Shown: positions 49,860 to 58,060 of the stretch, piece after piece
How positions within the stretch are numbered: the first letter of the stretch is position 1
Layout: each line of letters opens with the position of its first letter
NCBI GenBank assembly: GCA_039798785.1
Contig: JBDKFG010000016.1
Location: 1-64,000, forward strand
Direction: 5' to 3'
DNA: 64,000 bases
Source of the DNA: Verrucomicrobiota bacterium
Lineage (GTDB): Bacteria; Verrucomicrobiota; Lentisphaeria; Lentisphaerales; Lentisphaeraceae
The notes under the pieces: model-generated
What the model was told of the DNA's origin: nothing
The model's input: only the letters and a program-made list of their open reading frames with translations
The model's database searches: none
Position numbers and translations under genes: made by a program

Positions 49860-49973
49860 AAGTCATTGCAAAATCCGCCTTTTGCCTACTTCGCCTAATC
49901 CTTGCCTAGTCCTGTTTTAGGTAAAACAGCATTGAAGCGTCAATGACTTAAATCAAATGCCTAATTGCCTAAT
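49860..49973. other. putative replication origin (iterons and inverted repeats)
   Basis: Five GCCTA(A/C/G)T repeats, palindrome CTGTTTTA-GG-TAAAACAG, inverted pair AAGTCATTG/CAATGACTT. Confidence 0.55.
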
Positions 49974-50074
49974 CCGATTCTGCTCTTTCTCTCTTATAGT
50001 TCTTATCTCTTCCCTTGATCATGCCCATTGAAGCCTTAGCCTATGGGAACCATAAGTAACAAAAGGATCGCATC

Positions 50075-52636
50075 ATGCCTCTTCTGACCGCCATCAAGCC
50101 CTTTGCCATCGTTCAAGGCAGCCCCTTCAAGCTCGCCGCCGGGCTCTTTACCCTCGATGCCTCGGTTGACTCTCTCGATATCACCGTTTCCGGCGGTCTT
50201 CTGTATTCCGGTGCTAGCGCTCTGGGCGTCACGGCAAGATGCACGCTGGCGGATCTCAAACTCGGCAAGATCAGCTTTGTCGCCGATGGCATCACGATGC
50301 CGGCCTTCTCGATTGCCGCAGTCAGCGGCTCCAGCCGCTCCGATGAAGCGGCGGCACCCGTCTCCTTCAAGACGGTCAATCAGGCGCCGATCACTGCCAG
50401 CCTTGGCCTGGGTTCAGAATCGGCGTCGCTCAAGAATGGCGGCACCCTCATCCTCGACCGCTCGATGATCACCATCAGTGACGCCGAAACCCCGGACGCG
50501 ACCAACATCAATCTCAAGGTCGTCAAGGTCAGTGGCGGCGCCTTCTACCTCAACGGCAAGATCGCCAAGGCCTTCAGTCTCGATGATGTCGAAGCCGGAT
50601 CGGTGCTCTTCCGCCACGATGGCAAAGGCCTCAAGCCGAGCTTCAGTCTGCAAGCGGTCGATAGCGATGGCAAAGCCGCCACAGCGACTGTAGCGAATGT
50701 TGCTAAGGTCTACTTCGATGCAGGCATCCAAGGATCAGGTGCATTTGTGATGCACGCCCTCGCCGGTGGCCAGATCACCCTCACCGAAGGGGCCACCCTT
50801 AAACTGACCTCGGCCATGCTGCCGGTCAACGCCCTGGCCCTGAACCTTGCGGCCAATGCGGTCGACGCCCTTGTTTGCAGGGTCGATGGATCGCAAAACC
50901 TCGTCGTCAAAGTCGCTGGCGTCGAAACCGACAGCTTCACCATTGCCCAGCTCAAGGCCGGCCAGGTCACGATTGTTCATGATGGCTCGCAGTCCGGCCC
51001 CAGGCTTGACCTCAGCCTTCTCTCAGGCGAGACGGTCCTGGATCAGATCCATCTGCCCTTCCTCTTCAAGACGGTCAACGATCTGCCTACGCTCAGCCTC
51101 TCGGAATTGGATCTTGGCAGCGCTTCGAGCCAAGTGCTCGACACCGGGCTCTTTGAGGTCGCCGACGAAGAAACACCGCTCTCGCTCAATGGCGCCTTCC
51201 AATTCACCGTCAAGAGCGCCACTGGTCTGGAGTTCCACCGCAGCGGTCAAAGCGCCGTCATCACCAAATTCAGCTACCAGGAAGTTGAGGACGGCCTGAT
51301 CAGCGCCCACAAAACCGGCGCGAGCAGCGCGTCCTACACCCTCGCCGTCTCTGATCCCAGCGGCAAGACCTCCGCCATTGCCCAAGGCACAGTCAATCTG
51401 AATGCGCCTACAACGCCCCCACCCTCCACCGTTCAAGGACTCAACATCTCGCTCAAGGAAGGGCCGGAGGCCGTGGTTGGCGGCGATGGCGACGACAGCT
51501 TCTTCGCTTACGGCTCTTGGCTCAACAGCTTCGACCGCATCTACGGCGGCAAGGGGCAGGATACGCTCTATTATGAGAATTATCGAGATTTGAAGCAATC
51601 CGATTACGTAGTTACTCCCTACGCATCATCAGTTGAAGCATTGGAAATCACTTCCGGACCCGTCAGTGATGGATATTGGTACACTGCCAACCTAAGCTTG
51701 GCTCGCATGGCCGATACTAAAGAGATCCGAGTGCATAACGGATATGCCCATGTCACCGAGGCTCTTGATCTTCGCAAAGTCAGCATTGAGAACGGCGAGC
51801 TTCAACTCGCGATCAGTGGACGACAGATTGATCGGGCAAATGATGCCTTTGATTTTGAAGTCTCAGGAGAGTGCTCCCTTGGATTGAGTTTGGCCTCGGA
51901 TGTTTTTGGCAAATATTCCAACTACAAAATTGAAACACTAAATATTAGCGCGAACGAAAAACCTAGTTCCATTTCCATCGGTGGTGAGGTGCTTTCGTCT
52001 TTAAATCTCATTAACCTAAGCGGCGACGCCAAAATTCAGCTTAGCGGCGTCTTCTTCGAAGAACTTGATGCCAGCGGGATGACGGGTGCAGTAGAAATGA
52101 TTCACTGGAACCACAATAATGTCAAGATCAGCGGCGGCTCCGGCAACGACATCTTATTTGGGAGTCAAGGGCCGAAGGGAGATTCAGAGGACCAAATCAG
52201 CGGCGGGGCTGGAGATGATGTGATCCGTCTTGGAGTCTATGGACACGATTTGATTTCAGGCGGCGTAGGACGAGATCTCTTTGCCTTCCTGAGTCACTAC
52301 GGATATTCTGAACTCACGACTGACCCTCTTGCCACCATCACCGACTTTAATGCCGCCGAGGACAGGATACTCAGTCCCGATGTGGTGGTTCATTCCGTCG
52401 CCTCCTATCAGTTCGCCGGCTCCACCTACAGCCAGTTTCTCGAAAACGCCAAAACTTCGTCGTACTCCGCGAATTCGGCCAACCTGCTGCTCAATACCAC
52501 GACGCAAGAGACTTATCTATTGATGAATAATTCCTACACCCACATCGAAGCCGCAGATTTGATCTTGAATATCACCGGCTACACCGGCACCTTCAGCACC
52601 GCCAACTTCGTCACCTCGGATATCAACGTTCACTGA
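50075..52636 (+). CDS. surface adhesin-like protein with cadherin-like repeats and RTX Ca-binding repeats
   Basis: Repeated F(S/T)xxxxxxGxVxxxHDG units; GGSGNDIL, GGAGDDVI, GGVGRDLF; no N-terminal signal (T1SS-type C-terminus). Confidence 0.75.
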   Translation: MPLLTAIKPFAIVQGSPFKLAAGLFTLDASVDSLDITVSGGLLYSGASALGVTARCTLADLKLGKISFVADGITMPAFSIAAVSGSSRSDEAAAPVSFKTVNQAPITASLGLGSESASLKNGGTLILDRSMITISDAETPDATNINLKVVKVSGGAFYLNGKIAKAFSLDDVEAGSVLFRHDGKGLKPSFSLQAVDSDGKAATATVANVAKVYFDAGIQGSGAFVMHALAGGQITLTEGATLKLTSAMLPVNALALNLAANAVDALVCRVDGSQNLVVKVAGVETDSFTIAQLKAGQVTIVHDGSQSGPRLDLSLLSGETVLDQIHLPFLFKTVNDLPTLSLSELDLGSASSQVLDTGLFEVADEETPLSLNGAFQFTVKSATGLEFHRSGQSAVITKFSYQEVEDGLISAHKTGASSASYTLAVSDPSGKTSAIAQGTVNLNAPTTPPPSTVQGLNISLKEGPEAVVGGDGDDSFFAYGSWLNSFDRIYGGKGQDTLYYENYRDLKQSDYVVTPYASSVEALEITSGPVSDGYWYTANLSLARMADTKEIRVHNGYAHVTEALDLRKVSIENGELQLAISGRQIDRANDAFDFEVSGECSLGLSLASDVFGKYSNYKIETLNISANEKPSSISIGGEVLSSLNLINLSGDAKIQLSGVFFEELDASGMTGAVEMIHWNHNNVKISGGSGNDILFGSQGPKGDSEDQISGGAGDDVIRLGVYGHDLISGGVGRDLFAFLSHYGYSELTTDPLATITDFNAAEDRILSPDVVVHSVASYQFAGSTYSQFLENAKTSSYSANSANLLLNTTTQETYLLMNNSYTHIEAADLILNITGYTGTFSTANFVTSDINVH

Positions 52637-52643
52637 CCTCATG

Positions 52644-52685
52644 GCCTCCTCCTCTTGCGTCCAGCGCAAAAAGGCGGAGGCTTTT
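52644..52685 (+). terminator. intrinsic terminator
   Basis: GCCTCC...GGAGGC imperfect stem followed by TTTT. Confidence 0.5.
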
Positions 52686-52817
52686 GATGACCTGGAACGT
52701 CAAAATGTCGCAGGTCTCCCTCTATGCTGCGGCTGGGTGGCTTTGCCGGAAGCCTCCCCTAAATGCCTCTCAGTGTGCTATGGTAAGCAGTTCAACATTA
52801 CATAAGGCCCGACAAGC

Positions 52818-54617
52818 ATGTCATCCGATCTCTTCCTCGCCACCCTCACCCAGCTCGGCGGCACCGCCGGCAACGGCAAGCTCCAATCCAGCCTCGGCTG
52901 GGATGAAGCCCAGTACGAAGCGATCAAGTCCGAGCTGCTCAGCGCCGGCAAGATCGTCACCGGACGCGGACGCGGCGGCTCGGTCATCCTCAAGGATGCG
53001 CCAGAGACAGCCCAAGAATCCCTTCCCGGCCTCGAAGCCGCGCCCAAGGAACCCAAGGTGAAGGCCGAGCGCTCGGTCAAGGAAGCCCCCGCCAAGAAGG
53101 ACACGACCGCCAACCTCGGCTTCGAGGCCAAGCTCTGGCTCGCCGCCGACAAGCTGCGCAACAACATGGACGCCGCCGAGTACAAACACGTCGTCCTCGG
53201 CCTCATCTTCCTCAAGTACATCTCCGACTCCTTCGAGGACAAGAAGAACGCCATCCTCGCCGCCGGCGACGACCCCGAGGATCCCGATGAATACCGCGCC
53301 GTCAACGTCTTCTGGGTGCCGCAAGAGGCCCGCTGGTCGAAGCTCCAGGGCAGCGCCAAGGATCCCGCCATTGGCAAGATCGTCGACGACGCCATGGTCG
53401 CCCTCGAACGCGACAACCCGCGCCTCAAAGGCTCGCTCAACAAGAGTTACGGCCGCCCCGACCTCGACAAGCAGCGCCTCGGCGAACTCATCGACCTGAT
53501 CGGCTCGATCCAGCTCATCGACGCCGCCAACCGCTCCAAGGACATCCTCGGCCGCGTCTTCGAATACTTCCTCACCATGTTCGCCTCCGCCGAAGGCAAG
53601 AACGGCGGCCAGTTCTACACCCCCTCCTGCATCGTCCGCCTCCTCGTCGAAATGCTCGCCCCCTACAAAGGCCGCATCTACGACCCGGCCTGCGGCTCCG
53701 GCGGCATGTTCGTCCAGTCCGAACGCTTCGTCGAAGAGCACGGCGGCCGCCTCGGCGACATCGCCATCTACGGCCAGGAATCCAACCCCACCACCCGCCG
53801 CCTCGCTATCATGAACCTCGCCATCCGCGGCATCGAGGCGGACTTCGGCACGGAACACGCCGACACCTTCAAGAACGACCTGCACAAGGACCTCCGCGCC
53901 GACTTCGTCATCGCCAACCCGCCCTTCAACGACTCGGACTGGTTCCGCAAGGACGACGACGTCCGCTGGCAGTACGGCGTGCCGCCCAAGGGCAACGCCA
54001 ACTTCGCCTGGGTGCAGCACTTCATCCACCACCTCGCCCCGGGCGGCCACGCGGGCTTCGTCCTCGCCAACGGCTCGATGTCCTCCAACCAGTCCGGCGA
54101 AGGCGAGATCCGCCAGGCCCTCATCGAGGCCGACCTCGTCGACTGCATGGTCGCCCTCCCCGGCCAGCTCTTCTACTCCACCCAGATCCCCGTCTGCCTC
54201 TGGTTCCTCGCCAAGAACAAAAACGACGGCAAACGCCGCGACCGCCGCAAACAGACGCTCTTCATCGACGCCCGCAAAATGGGCTCGATGGTCTCCCGCG
54301 TCAACCGCGAGCTCACCATCGACGACATCGCCAAGATCGCCAGCACCTACCACGCCTGGCGCGGTGACGCGGGCACCTCCCAAGCCTACGCCGACATCCC
54401 CGGCTACTGCAAATCCGCCACCACCGCCGAGATCAAGGCGCACGGCTTCGTCCTCACCCCCGGCCGCTACGTCGGCGCCGAAGAAGTCGAAGACGACGGC
54501 GAAGCCTTCGAACCGAAGATGAAACGCCTCGTCGCCGAACTCAAAGCCCAGTTCGCCGAATCCGCCCGCCTCGAAGCCGAAATCACAGCCAACCTCAAGG
54601 GGCTGGGTTATGAGTGA
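52818..54617 (+). CDS. hsdM: type I RM methyltransferase subunit with N-terminal extension
   Basis: [40 protein letters not shown]. Confidence 0.96.
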   Translation: MSSDLFLATLTQLGGTAGNGKLQSSLGWDEAQYEAIKSELLSAGKIVTGRGRGGSVILKDAPETAQESLPGLEAAPKEPKVKAERSVKEAPAKKDTTANLGFEAKLWLAADKLRNNMDAAEYKHVVLGLIFLKYISDSFEDKKNAILAAGDDPEDPDEYRAVNVFWVPQEARWSKLQGSAKDPAIGKIVDDAMVALERDNPRLKGSLNKSYGRPDLDKQRLGELIDLIGSIQLIDAANRSKDILGRVFEYFLTMFASAEGKNGGQFYTPSCIVRLLVEMLAPYKGRIYDPACGSGGMFVQSERFVEEHGGRLGDIAIYGQESNPTTRRLAIMNLAIRGIEADFGTEHADTFKNDLHKDLRADFVIANPPFNDSDWFRKDDDVRWQYGVPPKGNANFAWVQHFIHHLAPGGHAGFVLANGSMSSNQSGEGEIRQALIEADLVDCMVALPGQLFYSTQIPVCLWFLAKNKNDGKRRDRRKQTLFIDARKMGSMVSRVNRELTIDDIAKIASTYHAWRGDAGTSQAYADIPGYCKSATTAEIKAHGFVLTPGRYVGAEEVEDDGEAFEPKMKRLVAELKAQFAESARLEAEITANLKGLGYE

Positions 54618-54620
54618 GCC

Positions 54621-54739
54621 CCTGGGAGCGCGGCAGTCCCCTGCCGCCCTTAAACCCCGCACCCCTCCTCCCGGGAGCGCGAAGCTCCAGCTTCGCCCCA
54701 AACGCTCGCTCCCCCGGGAGCGCGCATGTCCACATGCGC
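54621..54739 (+). repeat. three 27-nt REP-like hairpins (CCYGGGAGC + 8-bp stem + CC loop)
   Basis: 54621-54647, 54670-54696, 54713-54739. Confidence 0.85.
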
Positions 54740-54758
54740 TACGCTCGGGAGGCCGGGT

Positions 54759-56024
54759 ATGAGTGAGTGGAAAAGAGAAAAACTTGTTTCTTTGTGTGAG
54801 CAAATTGCGGATTGCCCTCATTCAACGCCACTTTGGACCAGTAGCGGTGAACTAGTATTGCGAAGCCAAAATATTAGGAATGGCAGACTAGATCTAAGCG
54901 AGAGAAGCTACACAGATAAAGAACATTTTGAGCAAAGAAGCCGTAGAGCTCGTTTGCGCGGTGGTGATCTCGTAATTACTCGTGAAGCTCCAATGGGGGA
55001 AGTGTGTTTAATTCCTGACGGTCTTCGTTGTTGTTTAGGACAACGTATGGTCATGCTTCGTCCAAATCCCCAAAAATGTGATTCAAAATTTCTCTTATAC
55101 GCGATTCAATCAAATGCTGTTCAAGCTGAAATTAAGGTCAATGAAGGCACTGGCTCAACGGTCAGTAACTTGCGTATTCCATTGCTGGAAGCATTGCCCA
55201 TTCCAACCCCCCCTCTCCCGCAGCAAAAGCGCATCGCCAAGATTCTCGGTGATCTCGACGACAAAATCGAGCTCAACCGGAAGATGAACGCCACACTCGA
55301 AGAGATGGCCCGCGCCCTCTTCAAATCCTGGTTCGTCGACTTCGACCCCGTCCACGCCAAAGCCGCCGGACGCCCCCCCGCCGGCATGGACGCGGAAACA
55401 GCAAAACTCTTCCCCAGTGAGTTCGTCGAGTCGGAATTGGGAATGATCCCGAAGGGGTGGAGAGTGGGGACGGTGGGGGAAGAGTTTAATCTGCTCATGG
55501 GTCAATCCCCGCCTGGTGAAACCTATAATGAAATCGGGGATGGCCTTCCGTTTTATCAAGGCTGCACTGACTTTGGATTCCGCTTCCCCACGCGTCGTAT
55601 TTATTGTAACGCCCCCACAAGGGTTGCTAAAGACGGCGATACTCTTGTCAGTGTTCGCGCGCCTGTTGGTCGAATCAATATGGCCAATGAGGAATGCTGT
55701 ATTGGTCGCGGTGTCGCATCCATTCGCCACAAAAATGGGTGCACATCATTTACCTATCATAGTATGGCCAACTTGGAGACAATTTTCTCCAAGTTCGAAG
55801 CTGAAGGAACTGTTTTTGGATCAATCAATAAGCAGAATTTTGAAAACATCAAGATTGTCTCCCCATCACATGAGATAATTGCGATGTTCGAGAAGACTGC
55901 AATTGGTCTTGATAATCAAATCAGGATCATTGAAAACCAATCACGTTCTCTCGCTAAGATGCGCGATGAGTTGTTGCCGAAGTTATTGAGTGGGGAGCCA
56001 AGCACCTTCAAACTAGATTACTGA
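54759..56024 (+). CDS. hsdS: type I RM specificity subunit
   Basis: Two TRDs; PPLPQQKRIAKILGDLDDKIELN, IPKGWRV, RDELLPKLLSGE. Confidence 0.95.
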   Translation: MSEWKREKLVSLCEQIADCPHSTPLWTSSGELVLRSQNIRNGRLDLSERSYTDKEHFEQRSRRARLRGGDLVITREAPMGEVCLIPDGLRCCLGQRMVMLRPNPQKCDSKFLLYAIQSNAVQAEIKVNEGTGSTVSNLRIPLLEALPIPTPPLPQQKRIAKILGDLDDKIELNRKMNATLEEMARALFKSWFVDFDPVHAKAAGRPPAGMDAETAKLFPSEFVESELGMIPKGWRVGTVGEEFNLLMGQSPPGETYNEIGDGLPFYQGCTDFGFRFPTRRIYCNAPTRVAKDGDTLVSVRAPVGRINMANEECCIGRGVASIRHKNGCTSFTYHSMANLETIFSKFEAEGTVFGSINKQNFENIKIVSPSHEIIAMFEKTAIGLDNQIRIIENQSRSLAKMRDELLPKLLSGEPSTFKLDY

Positions 56025-56037
56025 ACGAAGGATTCTC

Positions 56038-57645
56038 ATGAGCGAACAACCTGCACGACACGTTCAAATGCCGCCAACAGCGAAATTCCCTAGTGGTCAT
56101 AATCTGCCACTTCGTGATAGAGTTCTTGTAGTTATAGGCGCAAATGGTTCAGGGAAGACACGCTTTGGTGTGTGGCTTGATAATAAAAATGTCAGGCTGC
56201 ATCACAGGGTTTCAGCTCATCGATCACTAAGTTTTCCCGAAAAAGTTCGGCCGACTGACTTAAACGAAGCCGAACAGCTTCTGTTGATTGGTCACCAAGA
56301 GAAAACAAAACCAGAGCACTATCGCCAGCACGGTCGTTGGCAAAATAAACCAGAGATTGCTTTGCTTAATGATTTTGAACCTCTCGTTACTGTGATGGTG
56401 TCCGAGAGTTTTGTCGTGAGTGACAAATACAGATTATCAATGACTGCGACGACTGAATATGTAAAACCTCCCAAAACCAAGCTGGATCTTGTTAAGGAAA
56501 TATGGGAGGCAGTACTGCCGGATAGGGAGTTGGTTTATACTGGAAGTCGTATTGAGACGAGAAATCGAAAGGATGGCGGTCTTTATCACGCCAAAGAAAT
56601 GAGTGACGGAGAGCGTGGCATTTTCTATTTAATCGGAGAAGCTCTGTGCGTACCTCAAGACGGCCTTTTTATAGTGGACGAACCAGAATTGCATCTTCAT
56701 CGAGCAATCCAATCGCGCCTTTGGGATGCAGTTGAGGCTGCCCGGCCAGACTGCACATTTGTCTACATCACACACGACCTTGGATTCGCTGTGTCGCGTA
56801 AAGATGCAACAAAGGTTTGGCTGCGCGAATACACCAGCGGCAGCTGGGATTGGGAAGAAGTTCCAGAAATAGGTGCCTTTCCAGAATCATTGCTATTGGA
56901 GATAATGGGAAGTCGGAGGCCGGTGCTGTTTGTAGAGGGAGATCGCAATAGCTTAGATTATTTCATCTATGGCAAGATTTTCCCTGAATATACCGTAATT
57001 CCATGCGGGTCATGTGAGAGCGTAATACATTCCGTAAGTAGCTTCGGTCATCTGTACTCCCTCCACCATAATAAATGTGGTGGTATCATTGATAACGACG
57101 GGCGTACAAGTTCTGACATTCAGATGCTTAATGATCTCGGCATCGCAGTTCTTCCAGTTGCGCTTATTGAAAACCTGTTTTTGTCAGAAGATCTGCTTGT
57201 AATTGCATCAGAGCGTCTTGGGCATGCGCCGAGTGAAGTCGTGTCGAAAATTAAAGAACGTGTATTCAATAAATTTCATAGCAAGGCTGTAGAGGTTACG
57301 TCCAATCTTACTCGTCAAGAAATTGAAACTGCGCTCCGAACTTTTGGAAAAGGGGGCGATGGAGCAGAGTCTCTTTCGGCAGACTTTAAGAGTTCGTGCG
57401 ACTCGATTGACCCCAAGGCAATATACGCAAAATGGGAAAATGAAATCGCACGAGTGATGTCCGGCAAAGACTATGAGGCCGCGCTGCGCTACTACAAAAT
57501 AAAAGGGCTTCATGCAGAAGCTGGTCACGTTATTGGGGTAAAATATCAGGACCAAATGATGCGATGGTTGCGTAGCCAGGACTCAACTCCGATAGTGCAT
57601 GCTCTCCGTTTGGCAATCCCGCAAATTCCAGATCGCGCCCAATGA
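56038..57645 (+). CDS. ABC ATPase fused to a TOPRIM (DUF4435-like) nuclease domain; PARIS-fusion/OLD-like defence protein
   Basis: GANGSGKT, MSDGER, FIVDEPELHLH, YITHD; VLFVEGD, IIDND, IENLF; low GC. Confidence 0.8.
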   Translation: MSEQPARHVQMPPTAKFPSGHNLPLRDRVLVVIGANGSGKTRFGVWLDNKNVRLHHRVSAHRSLSFPEKVRPTDLNEAEQLLLIGHQEKTKPEHYRQHGRWQNKPEIALLNDFEPLVTVMVSESFVVSDKYRLSMTATTEYVKPPKTKLDLVKEIWEAVLPDRELVYTGSRIETRNRKDGGLYHAKEMSDGERGIFYLIGEALCVPQDGLFIVDEPELHLHRAIQSRLWDAVEAARPDCTFVYITHDLGFAVSRKDATKVWLREYTSGSWDWEEVPEIGAFPESLLLEIMGSRRPVLFVEGDRNSLDYFIYGKIFPEYTVIPCGSCESVIHSVSSFGHLYSLHHNKCGGIIDNDGRTSSDIQMLNDLGIAVLPVALIENLFLSEDLLVIASERLGHAPSEVVSKIKERVFNKFHSKAVEVTSNLTRQEIETALRTFGKGGDGAESLSADFKSSCDSIDPKAIYAKWENEIARVMSGKDYEAALRYYKIKGLHAEAGHVIGVKYQDQMMRWLRSQDSTPIVHALRLAIPQIPDRAQ

Positions 57646-57672
57646 GCGCCTCTGCCGCCATTATGCATGAAA

Positions 57673-57813
57673 GCGCCACGGGAGTGGCGCGCTCCCAGGG
57701 GGAACATGGCGCATGTGGACATGCGCGCTCCCAGGGCGAGCACGAACATGGCGCATGTGGACATGCGCGCTCCCAGGAAACACAAAGCGGAGCTGGAGCT
57801 CCGCGCTCCCAGG
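57673..57813 (-). repeat. four 27-nt REP-like hairpins, inverted relative to the 54.6-kb copies
   Basis: 57673-57699, 57709-57735, 57751-57777, 57787-57813, each stem-GG-stem-GCTCCCAGG; degenerate tails to about 57838. Confidence 0.88.
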
Positions 57814-57847
57814 GACGCTCCCGGGGACGCTGCCAAGGAGTTTTCCC

Positions 57848-58018
57848 ATGAGTGAGGGCGAGATGCGGTTTGTGGAGGGGCGTGGGTGGCACTCGCGCGG
57901 CTACCTGCCGCACTGGGTCCGCGAACTCAGCTACCAGTCCCAAAAAGCAGAAGCCGAACCTTGCGGGACGGCTTCGTTACTCCTTCCACACCTGGTGGGC
58001 GAGCTGAGAGCACGATAA
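57848..58018 (+). pseudogene. N-terminal remnant of a REP-associated tyrosine transposase (RAYT)
   Basis: GWHSRGYLPHW, typical of RAYT N-termini; no HUH or catalytic Tyr follows. Confidence 0.6.
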
Positions 58019-58060
58019 CTTAGACGGCTTACCTGTCAACCGCATTCTCCGAGGATACCC

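Noticed and set aside
54759..56024. Invertase-driven hsdS shufflon
   Set aside because: Only one hsdS, with no silent TRD copies or dedicated invertase in view.
57673..57813. Possible CRISPR mini-array
   Set aside because: Stem sequences vary between units, spacers are only 9-15 nt, and inverted copies lie 3 kb away; REP-like elements fit better.
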